Position numbers and translations under genes: made by a program. A model generated the notes under the pieces. The model was not told where the DNA came from. It made no database searches and was given only the letters and a program-made list of their open reading frames with translations. A stretch of DNA of 35,130 nt, taken from positions 1-35,130 of the forward strand of contig CAYYGZ010000014.1 in NCBI GenBank assembly GCA_964471275.1. Reading direction: 5' to 3'. Of the stretch, positions 1 through 9,274 are shown piece after piece. How positions within the stretch are numbered: position 1 is the stretch's first letter; the number at the start of each line of letters is the position of its first letter. Origin of the DNA: an uncultured bacterium (lineage in GTDB: Bacteria > Latescibacterota > UBA2968).

Positions 1-609
1 AAACACGAGGCCGTTGAAGGCTGTGTGCGAGTTGCGTCGATCAACGGGTCTGAGTGTCGGGCGTCTGGGGATTGTATTCTCAGGACCTCGCTCGAGTGTA
101 GGTCGCTGTGTGCGTGATCCTGGCCCTGCGATCAGGCGTCTCCGTCGTCGTCCGCACCAAGCCTGGCAGATCGGTATGACCAGCTTTCAGCGTTCGGACC
201 CCAGGCCTGTGTATCTGGTGACCATCATAGACTGTTACACACGCCCGCTCGTGGGATGGCCCGCCAACGATCGGTGTAAGGTATCAGACTGGAGCAGTGC
301 TGTTCGCCCGGCTCTTGAATTCCGTGGGTTGCGAACTAAGGAATCGTGTTCAGACCTGGTTCTACGGAGCGAGAATGGTGCTGAGCCCAGTTCGAAACAC
401 TTCGTTGAGTTCCTCGAACACGGTATCAAGGGACAATACACTGGATACAATGCTCCTGATGACAACGCCTACGTTGAGCGCGTGATCCGCACCATCAAGG
501 AAGAAGAGATCTGGAGTAGCGACATCCGAACACCAAACGAAGTGAATGAAGCACATCAATCAATTTTAATGACAGCTTGAAAACGTCTCGCTTTGGGGGG
601 ACCACTGCG
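1..609 (+). mobile_element. Degenerate IS3-family insertion sequence remnant (integrase-core pseudogene plus degenerate right end)
   Basis: ORF 14..580 has rve-type blocks WQIGMTSF, YLVTIIDCYTRPLVGW, LRSENG and DNAYVERVIRTIKEE. The two expected catalytic Asp read as G and E, and the C-terminal YN..R.H motif is absent. It is followed by an IS3-like end GTCTCGCTTTGGGGGGACCACTGC (~585-607). Confidence 0.8.
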
Positions 610-807
610 GGACGTCCTGTCTACCGTGATCAACTCGGTGAAGCTGAAGTCAGCTGCCAGGGCCAGCCCCTCGCGGCACCTGAGCAAGCGCGTTTTTGGA
701 GACTTTTGAGGCGCAGTTAAAAGTTCCTCGCCGACACGGGTCGGCGAAACGGATGGTTGGGCAGAACCAAATCAAGAACATCTCCTCTCATCCCAACATT
801 CGCGAAT

Positions 808-849
808 AAACAAAGAAAAGCCGCACCCAGGGTCTCCCCAAGGCGCGGC
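808..849 (-). terminator. Rho-independent terminator of the dcw operon after ftsZ
   Basis: Minus strand reads GCCGCGCCTTGGGG-AGA-CCCTGGGTGCGGC followed by TTTTCTTTGTTT, about 50 nt after the ftsZ stop. Confidence 0.85.
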
Positions 850-900
850 CAAATCCTATCTCTTCCACTCACTACTCCCCACTCACTCCTTGCACTACCC

Positions 901-2097
901 CTACTGCTTCTCCATCCGCCTCCTCAGAAACGTCGGATACTCGAGATCATCGAGCGACAGCTCTTTGAGCGGGTTCTCGACCTCTTCCTCCTCCTCCGAA
1001 TCCTCCCCGCTCTTGGCAACCGGGGCTGGTGCATTACCATTCCGCTGACGCATAAACGCAGGCACCTCATCACCCAACCGTCTCGGGGGGAGATCCCGTG
1101 ACATTGACAAACCGTTCCCCCGCATCGGGCCCTTCTCGGTGATCCGGAACCCGGTCGCGATCACCGTCACCCGGAGCTCATCACCCAGGGTATCGTCCAG
1201 CACGGTTCCCCAGATCACGTGCGCGTCAGTGCCGGCCGCTTCCGTGATCACGGTGACAGCGTCATTCACCTCGAACAGCTTCAGATCCATGCCTGCGGAG
1301 ATATTCACAAGCACGCTCTTCGCACCAGTGATCGATACATCCTCGAGCAATGGACTCTTGATCGCCTTCGCCGCGGCTTCCACTGCACGATTCTCATCAA
1401 CGGACCCGCCGGTTCCCATCAGCGCGTCGCCGCCCTGCAACATCACAGTACGTAGGTCGTTGAAGTCGAGATTCACCTCACCGGGAATTGTAATCAGGTC
1501 TGAAATGCCGCGGGTCGCCTGGTGCAGAACATCGTCTGCCGTGCGGAAAGCATCCTTGAGCGTCGTCTCCTTTGAACTGACTGCAAGCAGTCTCTGATTC
1601 GGAATAATGATCAGCGTATCAACGGCTTCTTTCAGTGCGTCAATACCGGCGTCGGCATTCCGCATCTTCTGCATACCTTCCATCGCGAACGGCTTTGTCA
1701 CGATTCCGACCGTCAGCGCACCTAACTCCTTCGCGATCTCTGCGACCATCGGTGCCGCACCCGTCCCCGTGCCACCACCCATACCGGCCGTTACAAACAC
1801 CATGTCCGACCCGGCCAGCTCTTCAGCCATCTGATCGCGGCTCTCCTCGATGGCGCGTCGACCCACGTCCGGGTCCGCGCCGGCACCGAGACCACGCGTC
1901 AGATTCGCTCCGATCTGGATCTTGCGATTCGCCTGCGAAAGCTCCAACACCTGCGCGTCTGTATTCACTGCCAGAAACTCGACACCACCCAGCCCGGCGT
2001 CGATCATGCGATTCACCGCATTCCCACCGGCGCCGCCGACGCCAACGACACGCAACTTGGCTTGATGCTCACTGTCTACAATTGAAAATGTGACCAC
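901..2097 (-). CDS. ftsZ: Cell division protein FtsZ
   Basis: [13 protein letters not shown], tubulin signature GGGTGTG, T7 loop NLDFND and C-terminal [14 protein letters not shown] start with GGAGGT RBS. Confidence 0.99.
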   Translation of the reverse strand: MVTFSIVDSEHQAKLRVVGVGGAGGNAVNRMIDAGLGGVEFLAVNTDAQVLELSQANRKIQIGANLTRGLGAGADPDVGRRAIEESRDQMAEELAGSDMVFVTAGMGGGTGTGAAPMVAEIAKELGALTVGIVTKPFAMEGMQKMRNADAGIDALKEAVDTLIIIPNQRLLAVSSKETTLKDAFRTADDVLHQATRGISDLITIPGEVNLDFNDLRTVMLQGGDALMGTGGSVDENRAVEAAAKAIKSPLLEDVSITGAKSVLVNISAGMDLKLFEVNDAVTVITEAAGTDAHVIWGTVLDDTLGDELRVTVIATGFRITEKGPMRGNGLSMSRDLPPRRLGDEVPAFMRQRNGNAPAPVAKSGEDSEEEEEVENPLKELSLDDLEYPTFLRRRMEKQ

Positions 2098-2328
2098 GTC
2101 AAGACCTCCGGAGGAAACTTGGGGAAAGCCTGGGGGACATCACCTTTACCGTATCCATTGCGGACTGCAGGGGAGGTGGGGACCTCGCCTACTTCCGCTT
2201 CGTCTTGATAAACAATCTTCTGAACACTTGTCTGATCAACGCTATGTTCGCACCCTCACCCCTCTGCCTCACAGTTTGCGCTTCAATCCACGATCTTCAC
2301 ATCTTCTTTCATCAATTCAATTTGGACT

Positions 2329-3564
2329 CTAGAAAAAGTCCTTAACCCACCCCTTCATCCGTCCCAAAATGCTGTTAAACATCTCACCATTCCCGTTCAC
2401 CAGGTGTCCTTCACGATTCTGGTGATTCAATCCGAACTGAACCAGCCCGACCCCTGTCGCGTAGATCGGTTGCGTCACGGCGTCGACCAGACCGGTCACG
2501 TTCCGCGGCGTCCCGATTCTCACCGGCACGTCGAAGATTTCTTCTGCGAGCTCCGCGCACCCATCGACCATCGCGCCGCCGCCCGTGACGACCACCCCGG
2601 CGGCCAGAAGATGAGCGTAATCCGTCCGCAGCAGTTCACGGTGTACCAGCGAGAAGATTTCATCCATCCTGGCTTCGATGATCGAAGTCATCTCGGCACG
2701 CTCGACCTTGCATGGCGGTCGTCCCGCAATACCCGGAACCTCGATCACCTCCTCTTTGCTCACGAGCGAGGACAGGGCACAACCATGCATGCGCTTCAGC
2801 TCTTCGGCCTGCTTTAGCGGCGTACGCATTCCGATCGATACATCGTGCGTCACATTCTCACCGCCGAGACCGACAACCGCCGTGTGGCGGATGCTCCCGT
2901 CATAGAACACGGCGATATCGCTTGTCCCGCCGCCGATGTCCACGAGCAGACAGCCCATCTCTTCTTCGTCCGGCGTCAGGACCGCGTAGCTCGATGCGAT
3001 CGGTTCGAGCACGAGATCAACAACTTCCACGCCTGCTCGTCGGATACTCTTGCAGATATTCTGAGCGCTCGTCACGGCACCCGTCACGATGTGGACATCC
3101 GCCTCGAGACGCACCCCGGACATGCCGATTGGATCCTTGATACCGGGCTGGTCATCTACCAGGAAGTCCTGGGGCAGCACGTGCACGATCTCACGATCCA
3201 GTGGAATATTAATCGCCTTGGCCGCTTCGATCACGCGCGCTTCATCATTCGGCGTGACCTCGTTGTCGGGTCCGGAAACCGCGATTACGCCGCGGCTATT
3301 GACGCTCCGAATGTGGTCACCCGCAATTCCTGCGTAGACCGCCGTGATGCGTGTGTCTGACATCTGCTCGGCGCGGTCGATGGCCGCCTGGATCGACTTC
3401 ACCGTCTTCTCGACGTTGACGACCACGCCTCTCTTCAATCCCTCGGATGGTGCACTGCCCACACCCGTGATCTTCAGGCCGCCTTCCTCCTCAACTTCGG
3501 CAACGATCGTACAGATCTTGGTCGTTCCGATGTCCATGCCGACAATGCGATCGCCTTTGACCAT
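2329..3564 (-). CDS. ftsA: Cell division protein FtsA
   Basis: Actin-fold motifs DIGTTKIC, DIGGGTSD and VVTGGGA, a C-terminal amphipathic helix (ILGRMKGWVKDFF), and position before ftsZ. Confidence 0.99.
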   Translation of the reverse strand: MVKGDRIVGMDIGTTKICTIVAEVEEEGGLKITGVGSAPSEGLKRGVVVNVEKTVKSIQAAIDRAEQMSDTRITAVYAGIAGDHIRSVNSRGVIAVSGPDNEVTPNDEARVIEAAKAINIPLDREIVHVLPQDFLVDDQPGIKDPIGMSGVRLEADVHIVTGAVTSAQNICKSIRRAGVEVVDLVLEPIASSYAVLTPDEEEMGCLLVDIGGGTSDIAVFYDGSIRHTAVVGLGGENVTHDVSIGMRTPLKQAEELKRMHGCALSSLVSKEEVIEVPGIAGRPPCKVERAEMTSIIEARMDEIFSLVHRELLRTDYAHLLAAGVVVTGGGAMVDGCAELAEEIFDVPVRIGTPRNVTGLVDAVTQPIYATGVGLVQFGLNHQNREGHLVNGNGEMFNSILGRMKGWVKDFF

Positions 3565-3579
3565 AAACGATCTCCTTTC

Positions 3580-4422
3580 TCAGTCCGGAATACCGGCTGG
3601 ATACTTGACCAATCCGGCACGTACCGAATCGACCGACATTCGGCCGGCTACCACCTGATTAGCGTAGCGTAGGTCGATATACGCAAGATCCTCAGAAAGG
3701 ATATCGCCGCTGGCTATGAAGGCGCGATAGTTCTGAATCTGATCGACGATCTGGTCTAGTCGAATCTTGAGCGTCATGCCGTCCGCGAGGATGAGATCGC
3801 CTTCTTCGGCGTCCAGCAGGCAGACTTCGGACACACGAGACCAGAACTTCGGCTGCACCGTCTGCGCAGTTTCGATCAACCGGGCGACGCCGTGTCTGAC
3901 GGCGAACTCGGACAACGTCGAGTCTGCGAGGACCGCATCGAATCCCGTTACGATCGGGAGATCGAAAGGCACATTGGGCAGTTCAAAGCTGACCGCATCC
4001 TGATCGAAACCGAGCAGTCCCTCGGAGGTCGACACAAGCGCGATCGGTACTCGCTCCTCGACAGAGATCACGAGTGAATCCGGTGGTCGTCTCAGAAGGA
4101 GAGCGCTCCGGACGAGCGGGTGGGAAACGATCGAATCCGTTGCCGTCTTCAGGTTTGTTTCGAAGAGATTGGCTCCGTGATTCAACCCCGAGCGCGCCAC
4201 GACCTCCTCCGGAGCCAGAAGACGCCCCCCGATGACGGTGATCTCTTGCAGCTTGAACAGGTCGCTTCCCTGGAGACCTGAGTAGACTTCCGGGATGCTG
4301 GCACCGAGAGCGGCCATCACGACCATCACGGCACCGGCCCTGGCAATCTGCCGGCCGCGCCCCGTTCTGGGCGTCGTTGACGCCGTGAACACAGCAGCCC
4401 TCTCCTTACGTCGCTTCGTCAC
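3580..4422 (-). CDS. ftsQ: Cell division protein FtsQ/DivIB
   Basis: Basic N-terminal tail, a single TM segment, a POTRA-like domain (LQEITVIGG...ISVEERVPIA) and C-terminal YIDLRY. Start placed at GTG 4422 to avoid a 50-bp overlap with murB; the ORF track gives TTG 4500. Confidence 0.9.
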   Translation of the reverse strand: MTKRRKERAAVFTASTTPRTGRGRQIARAGAVMVVMAALGASIPEVYSGLQGSDLFKLQEITVIGGRLLAPEEVVARSGLNHGANLFETNLKTATDSIVSHPLVRSALLLRRPPDSLVISVEERVPIALVSTSEGLLGFDQDAVSFELPNVPFDLPIVTGFDAVLADSTLSEFAVRHGVARLIETAQTVQPKFWSRVSEVCLLDAEEGDLILADGMTLKIRLDQIVDQIQNYRAFIASGDILSEDLAYIDLRYANQVVAGRMSVDSVRAGLVKYPAGIPD

Positions 4423-4450
4423 AGTCTTGCGACGGCCGAGTGCCTCGCCG

Positions 4451-5389
4451 TTATACGTTCTCGATGCCGAACTCGCCGACGATCCGAACTTCTGTTTCAA
4501 GATCGACTCCCTCCCTGTCGCGCACTTGATCTCGCACGCGCTCGATCAACTGTAAGACTTCTGCGGCCGAGATGCCGCCCTTAGTCACCATGAAATTCGC
4601 GTGAACGTCTGAAACCTCAACGTTCCCGATCGCCATTCCCTTGCACCCCGAGCGATCGATCAACAGACCCGCAGACATACCTTCGGGATTCTTGAAGACA
4701 CAGCCTGCGTTCCGAAGCCAGACCGGTTGTGACATCTTTCGCTCCTCGAGCATCCGGTCCATCTCGGCCTGTATCGCCAATGGGTCACCTTGGCCCAGTG
4801 AAAAGGTCGCCTCCAGGACCAGATAGTCCTTCGGGATCTCGGCCTTTCGATACCCGTGCCGGATCTCCGATTTCTTCAACTTCATCTCGTGCGCGGTCTT
4901 CAGATCAATGCCCCGTATCCAGAGCAGGTCATCGAACGTCTCTCCTCCCCACGCGCCTGCATTTCCCCGAATGGCTCCCCCGATCGTCCCAGGAATCCCA
5001 CATCCCCATTCCATACCCGTCCGGCCATCTCGCTGACATCGCCGGCTGAACACCTGCGTGCTGGCACCCGCCTCGATGAGACCGCGATCCGGCTCGATCA
5101 CGATACCCGTCATCCCCTCCGTCAACCCGATCACCACACCCCGGAAACCGGCATCCTTCACAAGCATGTTCGTCCCGCCGCCAATCGGCAGGATTGGGAC
5201 CTCCGCATCCTTGATCAAGGGTAGCGTCGACATCAGATCATCGACACTCTCCGGCAGATACATCAGATCCGCTGGCCCTCCGACCCCAAACGCCGTCCGC
5301 TTCGCCAGCGGCTCACCCTCGATCACCATCCCCCGCGCCACCCGCTTCAACTCAGCGCCTAGCGCAGCAGCCCTGCCGTTTTCAACCAT
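4451..5389 (-). CDS. murB: UDP-N-acetylenolpyruvoylglucosamine reductase
   Basis: FGVGGPAD, IGGGTNMLV, GIPGTIGGAIRGNAGAWG, AGCVFKNP, HANF and LETEV. ATG at 5389 (alternative GTG 5398). Confidence 0.97.
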   Translation of the reverse strand: MVENGRAAALGAELKRVARGMVIEGEPLAKRTAFGVGGPADLMYLPESVDDLMSTLPLIKDAEVPILPIGGGTNMLVKDAGFRGVVIGLTEGMTGIVIEPDRGLIEAGASTQVFSRRCQRDGRTGMEWGCGIPGTIGGAIRGNAGAWGGETFDDLLWIRGIDLKTAHEMKLKKSEIRHGYRKAEIPKDYLVLEATFSLGQGDPLAIQAEMDRMLEERKMSQPVWLRNAGCVFKNPEGMSAGLLIDRSGCKGMAIGNVEVSDVHANFMVTKGGISAAEVLQLIERVRDQVRDREGVDLETEVRIVGEFGIENV

Positions 5390-6824
5390 CAGATGCACGG
5401 TTCTCTGCTGTCCGGACCGAGTCTCCCCTGTCCCCTGACCCTCTGCCTCTCTGCAGCCCTCTCAAGATCTCCCCCGCCACTTTCTCGATCGAACCGGCTC
5501 CCATCACAACGACCGTGTCCCCAGCTTCCACCGTATCAATCACGGCATCTGCCAGCCGATCCAGATCCGCTTCGTAATAGCAGTCATCGATCGAATCCGC
5601 GATCGTCCGTCCCGTGATTCCCGGGATCGGCATTTCTCTCGCGGGATAGATGTCCGTCAGCCAGCAGATATCTGCATCGGACAGCGACTTGCTGAATGCA
5701 TCCGCAAAATCCCGTGTGCGAGAATACAGGTGCGGCTGAAAGACCGCGACAATCCGTCCGGACCAGACGGACCGGGCAGCCCGGAGTGTCTCGGCGATCT
5801 CTTTCGGGTGGTGTGCATAGTCGTTGATCACCGTAACCCCCCCCGCCTCACCCATCTTCTCGAAGCGCCGCCGGACACCGCTGAATGAAGCCAGACCCTC
5901 GCGGATCGCAGGCCATTCGAGACCGATCGACAGCGCGGCGCCAATCGCACCCAACGCATTCGAAACGTTGTGCTGGCCTGGCAGCTGAATGGTTGCCTCA
6001 CCCAGCGCTTCACCCTTGTGCCTGACCGTAAATGTCGTCGACAGACCATCCGATGAGACACCCTCTGCACCCAGGCTCACGTCTTCGCCAAGACCGAACA
6101 GAAGGCGATTTCGACCCTCCGGAACGACAAGATCAGCGGATGCGTCATAATCAGCTGAAACAACAACGGTGCCCTCGTCCGTCATGCCGGCCAGGAAATG
6201 ATTGAACGTCTCACCGATCTCGCTCTCGGATGCGTACAGATCAAGGTGATCTGCTTCAAGCGATGTGACCACGGCGACCGCAGGCGTCAGCTCCAGAAAC
6301 GCGCGATCATACTCATCCGCCTCGACGACCCAGACATCGTCTGACCCGACCCGCAGGTTTGACTCGTCACCTTGCACGGCTCCGCCGACAAATGAAGTTG
6401 GGTCCAGACCAGCGGTCTCGCAGATTTGAGTAATCATCGCGGTCGTCGTTGTCTTTCCGTGTGTTCCCGATATCGCAATCAGTTGCTTGCCACGCGTCAT
6501 CTCACCGAGAAGCCGCTTGCCTTCGACAATCCGGATTCCCTTCTGTCGTGCGAAAACGAGCTCCGGATTCTGTGGGCCGACAGCCGGTGTATACACGACC
6601 GCATCTGCGGATCCGACGTTCTCCCATGCGTGCCCGATCGTGACGGCTACCCCCGCCCGCTCGAGACGGTCCGTGAACACGGACGCTTCCCGGTCAGATC
6701 CGGTGACACGACATCCCTTCCGGGCCAGCATCTCGGCCAGCGCGCTCATCCGGACGCCGCCGACTCCGACGAAATGAACCCGGGTATTGGCCTGTGACGA
6801 CCAGAGGCCGGAATCCAAGGCCAT
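5382..6824 (-). CDS. murC: UDP-N-acetylmuramate--L-alanine ligase
   Basis: HFVGVGG..MSALA, GTHGKTTTT, EADEYD, DYAHHP, FQPHLYSRT and MGAG. Confidence 0.98.
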   Translation of the reverse strand: MALDSGLWSSQANTRVHFVGVGGVRMSALAEMLARKGCRVTGSDREASVFTDRLERAGVAVTIGHAWENVGSADAVVYTPAVGPQNPELVFARQKGIRIVEGKRLLGEMTRGKQLIAISGTHGKTTTTAMITQICETAGLDPTSFVGGAVQGDESNLRVGSDDVWVVEADEYDRAFLELTPAVAVVTSLEADHLDLYASESEIGETFNHFLAGMTDEGTVVVSADYDASADLVVPEGRNRLLFGLGEDVSLGAEGVSSDGLSTTFTVRHKGEALGEATIQLPGQHNVSNALGAIGAALSIGLEWPAIREGLASFSGVRRRFEKMGEAGGVTVINDYAHHPKEIAETLRAARSVWSGRIVAVFQPHLYSRTRDFADAFSKSLSDADICWLTDIYPAREMPIPGITGRTIADSIDDCYYEADLDRLADAVIDTVEAGDTVVVMGAGSIEKVAGEILRGLQRGRGSGDRGDSVRTAENRASDG

Positions 6825-6826
6825 CC

Positions 6827-7927
6827 TCAGACCCGGATCAGGTTTCGGTCCATCAGCTCCGCAGCGATCCGATCGCTGGCGTCCCCCGACCCGCGGGCCG
6901 CGCTCCTGTCACCCATCCGGCCGAGAGCTTCGGGCTCATCCATCAAGCCTGAAACCGCTGCACTCAACGTCTTCCCGTCGATTTCGCGCTGCAAAATCAT
7001 TCGCGCCCAACCTTCATTTTCCATCGTCCGCGCGTTTACTTCCTGATGGTTCTCCGCGGCCGTTTCCAACGGAACCAGAATCGCGGGAATCCCGAACAGA
7101 TTGAGTTCGGCGATGGTCATGGCGCCAGCGCGTGTCACTGCCAGGTCTGCTGCACGATACGCGGCGGGCATCTCATCGATGAAAGCCAAGGTCCGGACAC
7201 GATCCCCGTAAGGTTCGGCGACTCGGGCCATCTTTTCGTAGTCGAGCGAGCCCGTTTGCCAAAGGATCTGAACCTCGTCATCCATCAGTCGCGGCAGCGC
7301 ATCCGCAAGCGCCTTGTTGATGGATCGTGCTCCCTGGCTGCCGCCAACCACGAGTAGGGACTTCGCATCCCTATCCAGCCCGAAGGCGTCCCTTGCTTGC
7401 CCCTGACTCGCGTCCTCCTTGGGAATCCGTGTCGGATTCCCGACTGCCTCACAAATGCGGCCGCCCATCTTGCGAGCCGCCTCCGGAAAACCGAGGAGCA
7501 CTACCGAGGCGACCCTCGAAAGCAGCCTGAGTGTGACGCCCGGCAGGACGTTCGAATCATGAATCACGAGTGGAACACCCATCGCAACCGACGCCAGCCC
7601 GACAGGTCCGCTGACATAGCCGCCAGTGCAGACTGTCACATCTGGCCGGAACCGTCGCATCAGGGCAACCGACTCGACGAACCCCTTCATCAGCACGAGG
7701 GGAAAGCGAAGCAGACTTGCGTTCAACGAACGGCTCAGTGAGATCACCGATATCAGTTCGAGCCGGAAACCGGCCTTCGGAACGACCCGGAATTCGACGC
7801 CTCGCTTAGTTCCCACGAACAGGAACTCCGAGTTTTTGCTAACCCGCTGAATCGCTTCCGCTATCGCCAGGGCCGGAGTTGCGTGTCCTCCTGTGCCGCC
7901 ACCCGCTATCAGTACTCTCGACGCCAT
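6827..7927 (-). CDS. murG: Undecaprenyl-PP-MurNAc-pentapeptide GlcNAc transferase
   Basis: GGGTGGH, TGGYVSGP, GNP, GGSQGA, RAGAMT..E and HQ..NA. Confidence 0.98.
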   Translation of the reverse strand: MASRVLIAGGGTGGHATPALAIAEAIQRVSKNSEFLFVGTKRGVEFRVVPKAGFRLELISVISLSRSLNASLLRFPLVLMKGFVESVALMRRFRPDVTVCTGGYVSGPVGLASVAMGVPLVIHDSNVLPGVTLRLLSRVASVVLLGFPEAARKMGGRICEAVGNPTRIPKEDASQGQARDAFGLDRDAKSLLVVGGSQGARSINKALADALPRLMDDEVQILWQTGSLDYEKMARVAEPYGDRVRTLAFIDEMPAAYRAADLAVTRAGAMTIAELNLFGIPAILVPLETAAENHQEVNARTMENEGWARMILQREIDGKTLSAAVSGLMDEPEALGRMGDRSAARGSGDASDRIAAELMDRNLIRV

Positions 7928-8049
7928 TACACTCTCGCAGCGGGTGAGAAGTCACCTCTCGATCCGGCCTGCCCTTCCCTGTGCGGTCTGCGCCTTTCCT
8001 GAGACTGGGATATCACTCCTAGGGGCCTCTAGCGACCCGACAGGACCGG

Positions 8050-9234
8050 CTACCGTATCCGCGATCTCGGTCGACGCCGCCACCCGACAGTCTCTTCCAC
8101 AAGGATTCCCGGCCGCTTGAGCCTGTTCGTTCGTCCGACATTCATCAGCAGTCCCGCACCGACCATCGTGAGCAGCAGAGATGATCCCCCATAGCTGATG
8201 AAGGGCAACGGAAGCCCGGTGGTCGGGAGCAATCCGATCGACACACCCACATTGATCAACGCGTAGACCATCACCATAAACGTCAGCCCGGACGCGAGCA
8301 GAAATCCGTAAAAATCGGGAGCCTGGCGGGCGATCTTCAGCCCGAGGTGCCCAAAAAGCAGAAAGCCGGCGAGAAGACCGAGCGTGCCAAGCAGCCCGAG
8401 CTCTTCACCGACAATGCTGAATACGAAATCCGTATGTGGTTCCGGGAGAAAGAAATACTTCTGAAGACTCCGCGTAAGCCCGAGCCCCGTCAGACCCCCG
8501 CTGCCAAGAGCCACGAGGGATTGTGTGATCTGGTAGCCGTCACCCTGGACATCACCCATCGGGTCGAGGAACGTCATCACACGTTCCTTACGATATCCCA
8601 GACCAAAGACGATGAAGGCAATGAACGGAAGGGCACTCAGGGCAGAACCGAGCAGATGTACAATCTGCACGCCGGAGACATACATCATCAACGCGCAGGT
8701 TAGACCGATCGCAAGTGCCGTTCCCAGGTCCGGCTGCAGAATAATCAGGAACATCGCCAGTGCGACGACACCGGCGTGTCTGACGTAATCTTTAAACTCA
8801 GTGAGCGCGCCCTTGTCGTGATTCAGACGCTCAGCAAGGAAGACAACGAGGGCCAGCCGCATCAGGTCTGCAGGTTGAAAGGCACCAAAGCCGGGGATGG
8901 GAACCCAGCGATACGCACCCCTGACCTTGCCAACACCGAACATTTTGAGCATCAGCACGATCCCGAGCCCGATGAACCCGACGATCAGGATTCCCTTGGC
9001 GTAGCCCCGCACTTTGTCCAGGTTGACGTACATCGCAATGAGCAGTGCGATCACACCCAGCAGGGCGCGGAGCACCCATCGCTGAATGAAGAAATGCCCA
9101 TTATCGAATCGGGATTGAGCAAGGCCGGAACTCGCGCTGTACACCATCACCAGACCGAAACCGACCAGGCTCAACACGAGTAACATCAACTGCAAATGAA
9201 CCTTGCTGTCCCGCCAGTCTTCTGTAAACGACAC
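8050..9234 (-). CDS. ftsW: SEDS peptidoglycan glycosyltransferase FtsW
   Basis: Polytopic membrane protein with GLVMVYSAS, GAYRW, FQP, LQPDLGT, GYQITQSL, LPEPHTDF, GEELG and LPFISYGGSS. GTG start. Confidence 0.97.
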   Translation of the reverse strand: MSFTEDWRDSKVHLQLMLLVLSLVGFGLVMVYSASSGLAQSRFDNGHFFIQRWVLRALLGVIALLIAMYVNLDKVRGYAKGILIVGFIGLGIVLMLKMFGVGKVRGAYRWVPIPGFGAFQPADLMRLALVVFLAERLNHDKGALTEFKDYVRHAGVVALAMFLIILQPDLGTALAIGLTCALMMYVSGVQIVHLLGSALSALPFIAFIVFGLGYRKERVMTFLDPMGDVQGDGYQITQSLVALGSGGLTGLGLTRSLQKYFFLPEPHTDFVFSIVGEELGLLGTLGLLAGFLLFGHLGLKIARQAPDFYGFLLASGLTFMVMVYALINVGVSIGLLPTTGLPLPFISYGGSSLLLTMVGAGLLMNVGRTNRLKRPGILVEETVGWRRRPRSRIR

Positions 9235-9274
9235 TGGCGCTGACCCTGAGGGACTGGGGGAGCGTGTGGGGCAC

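Noticed and set aside
2090..2332. 80-aa plus-strand ORF filling the ftsA-ftsZ spacer
   Set aside because: Antisense to the operon, with no RBS and no protein-like features.
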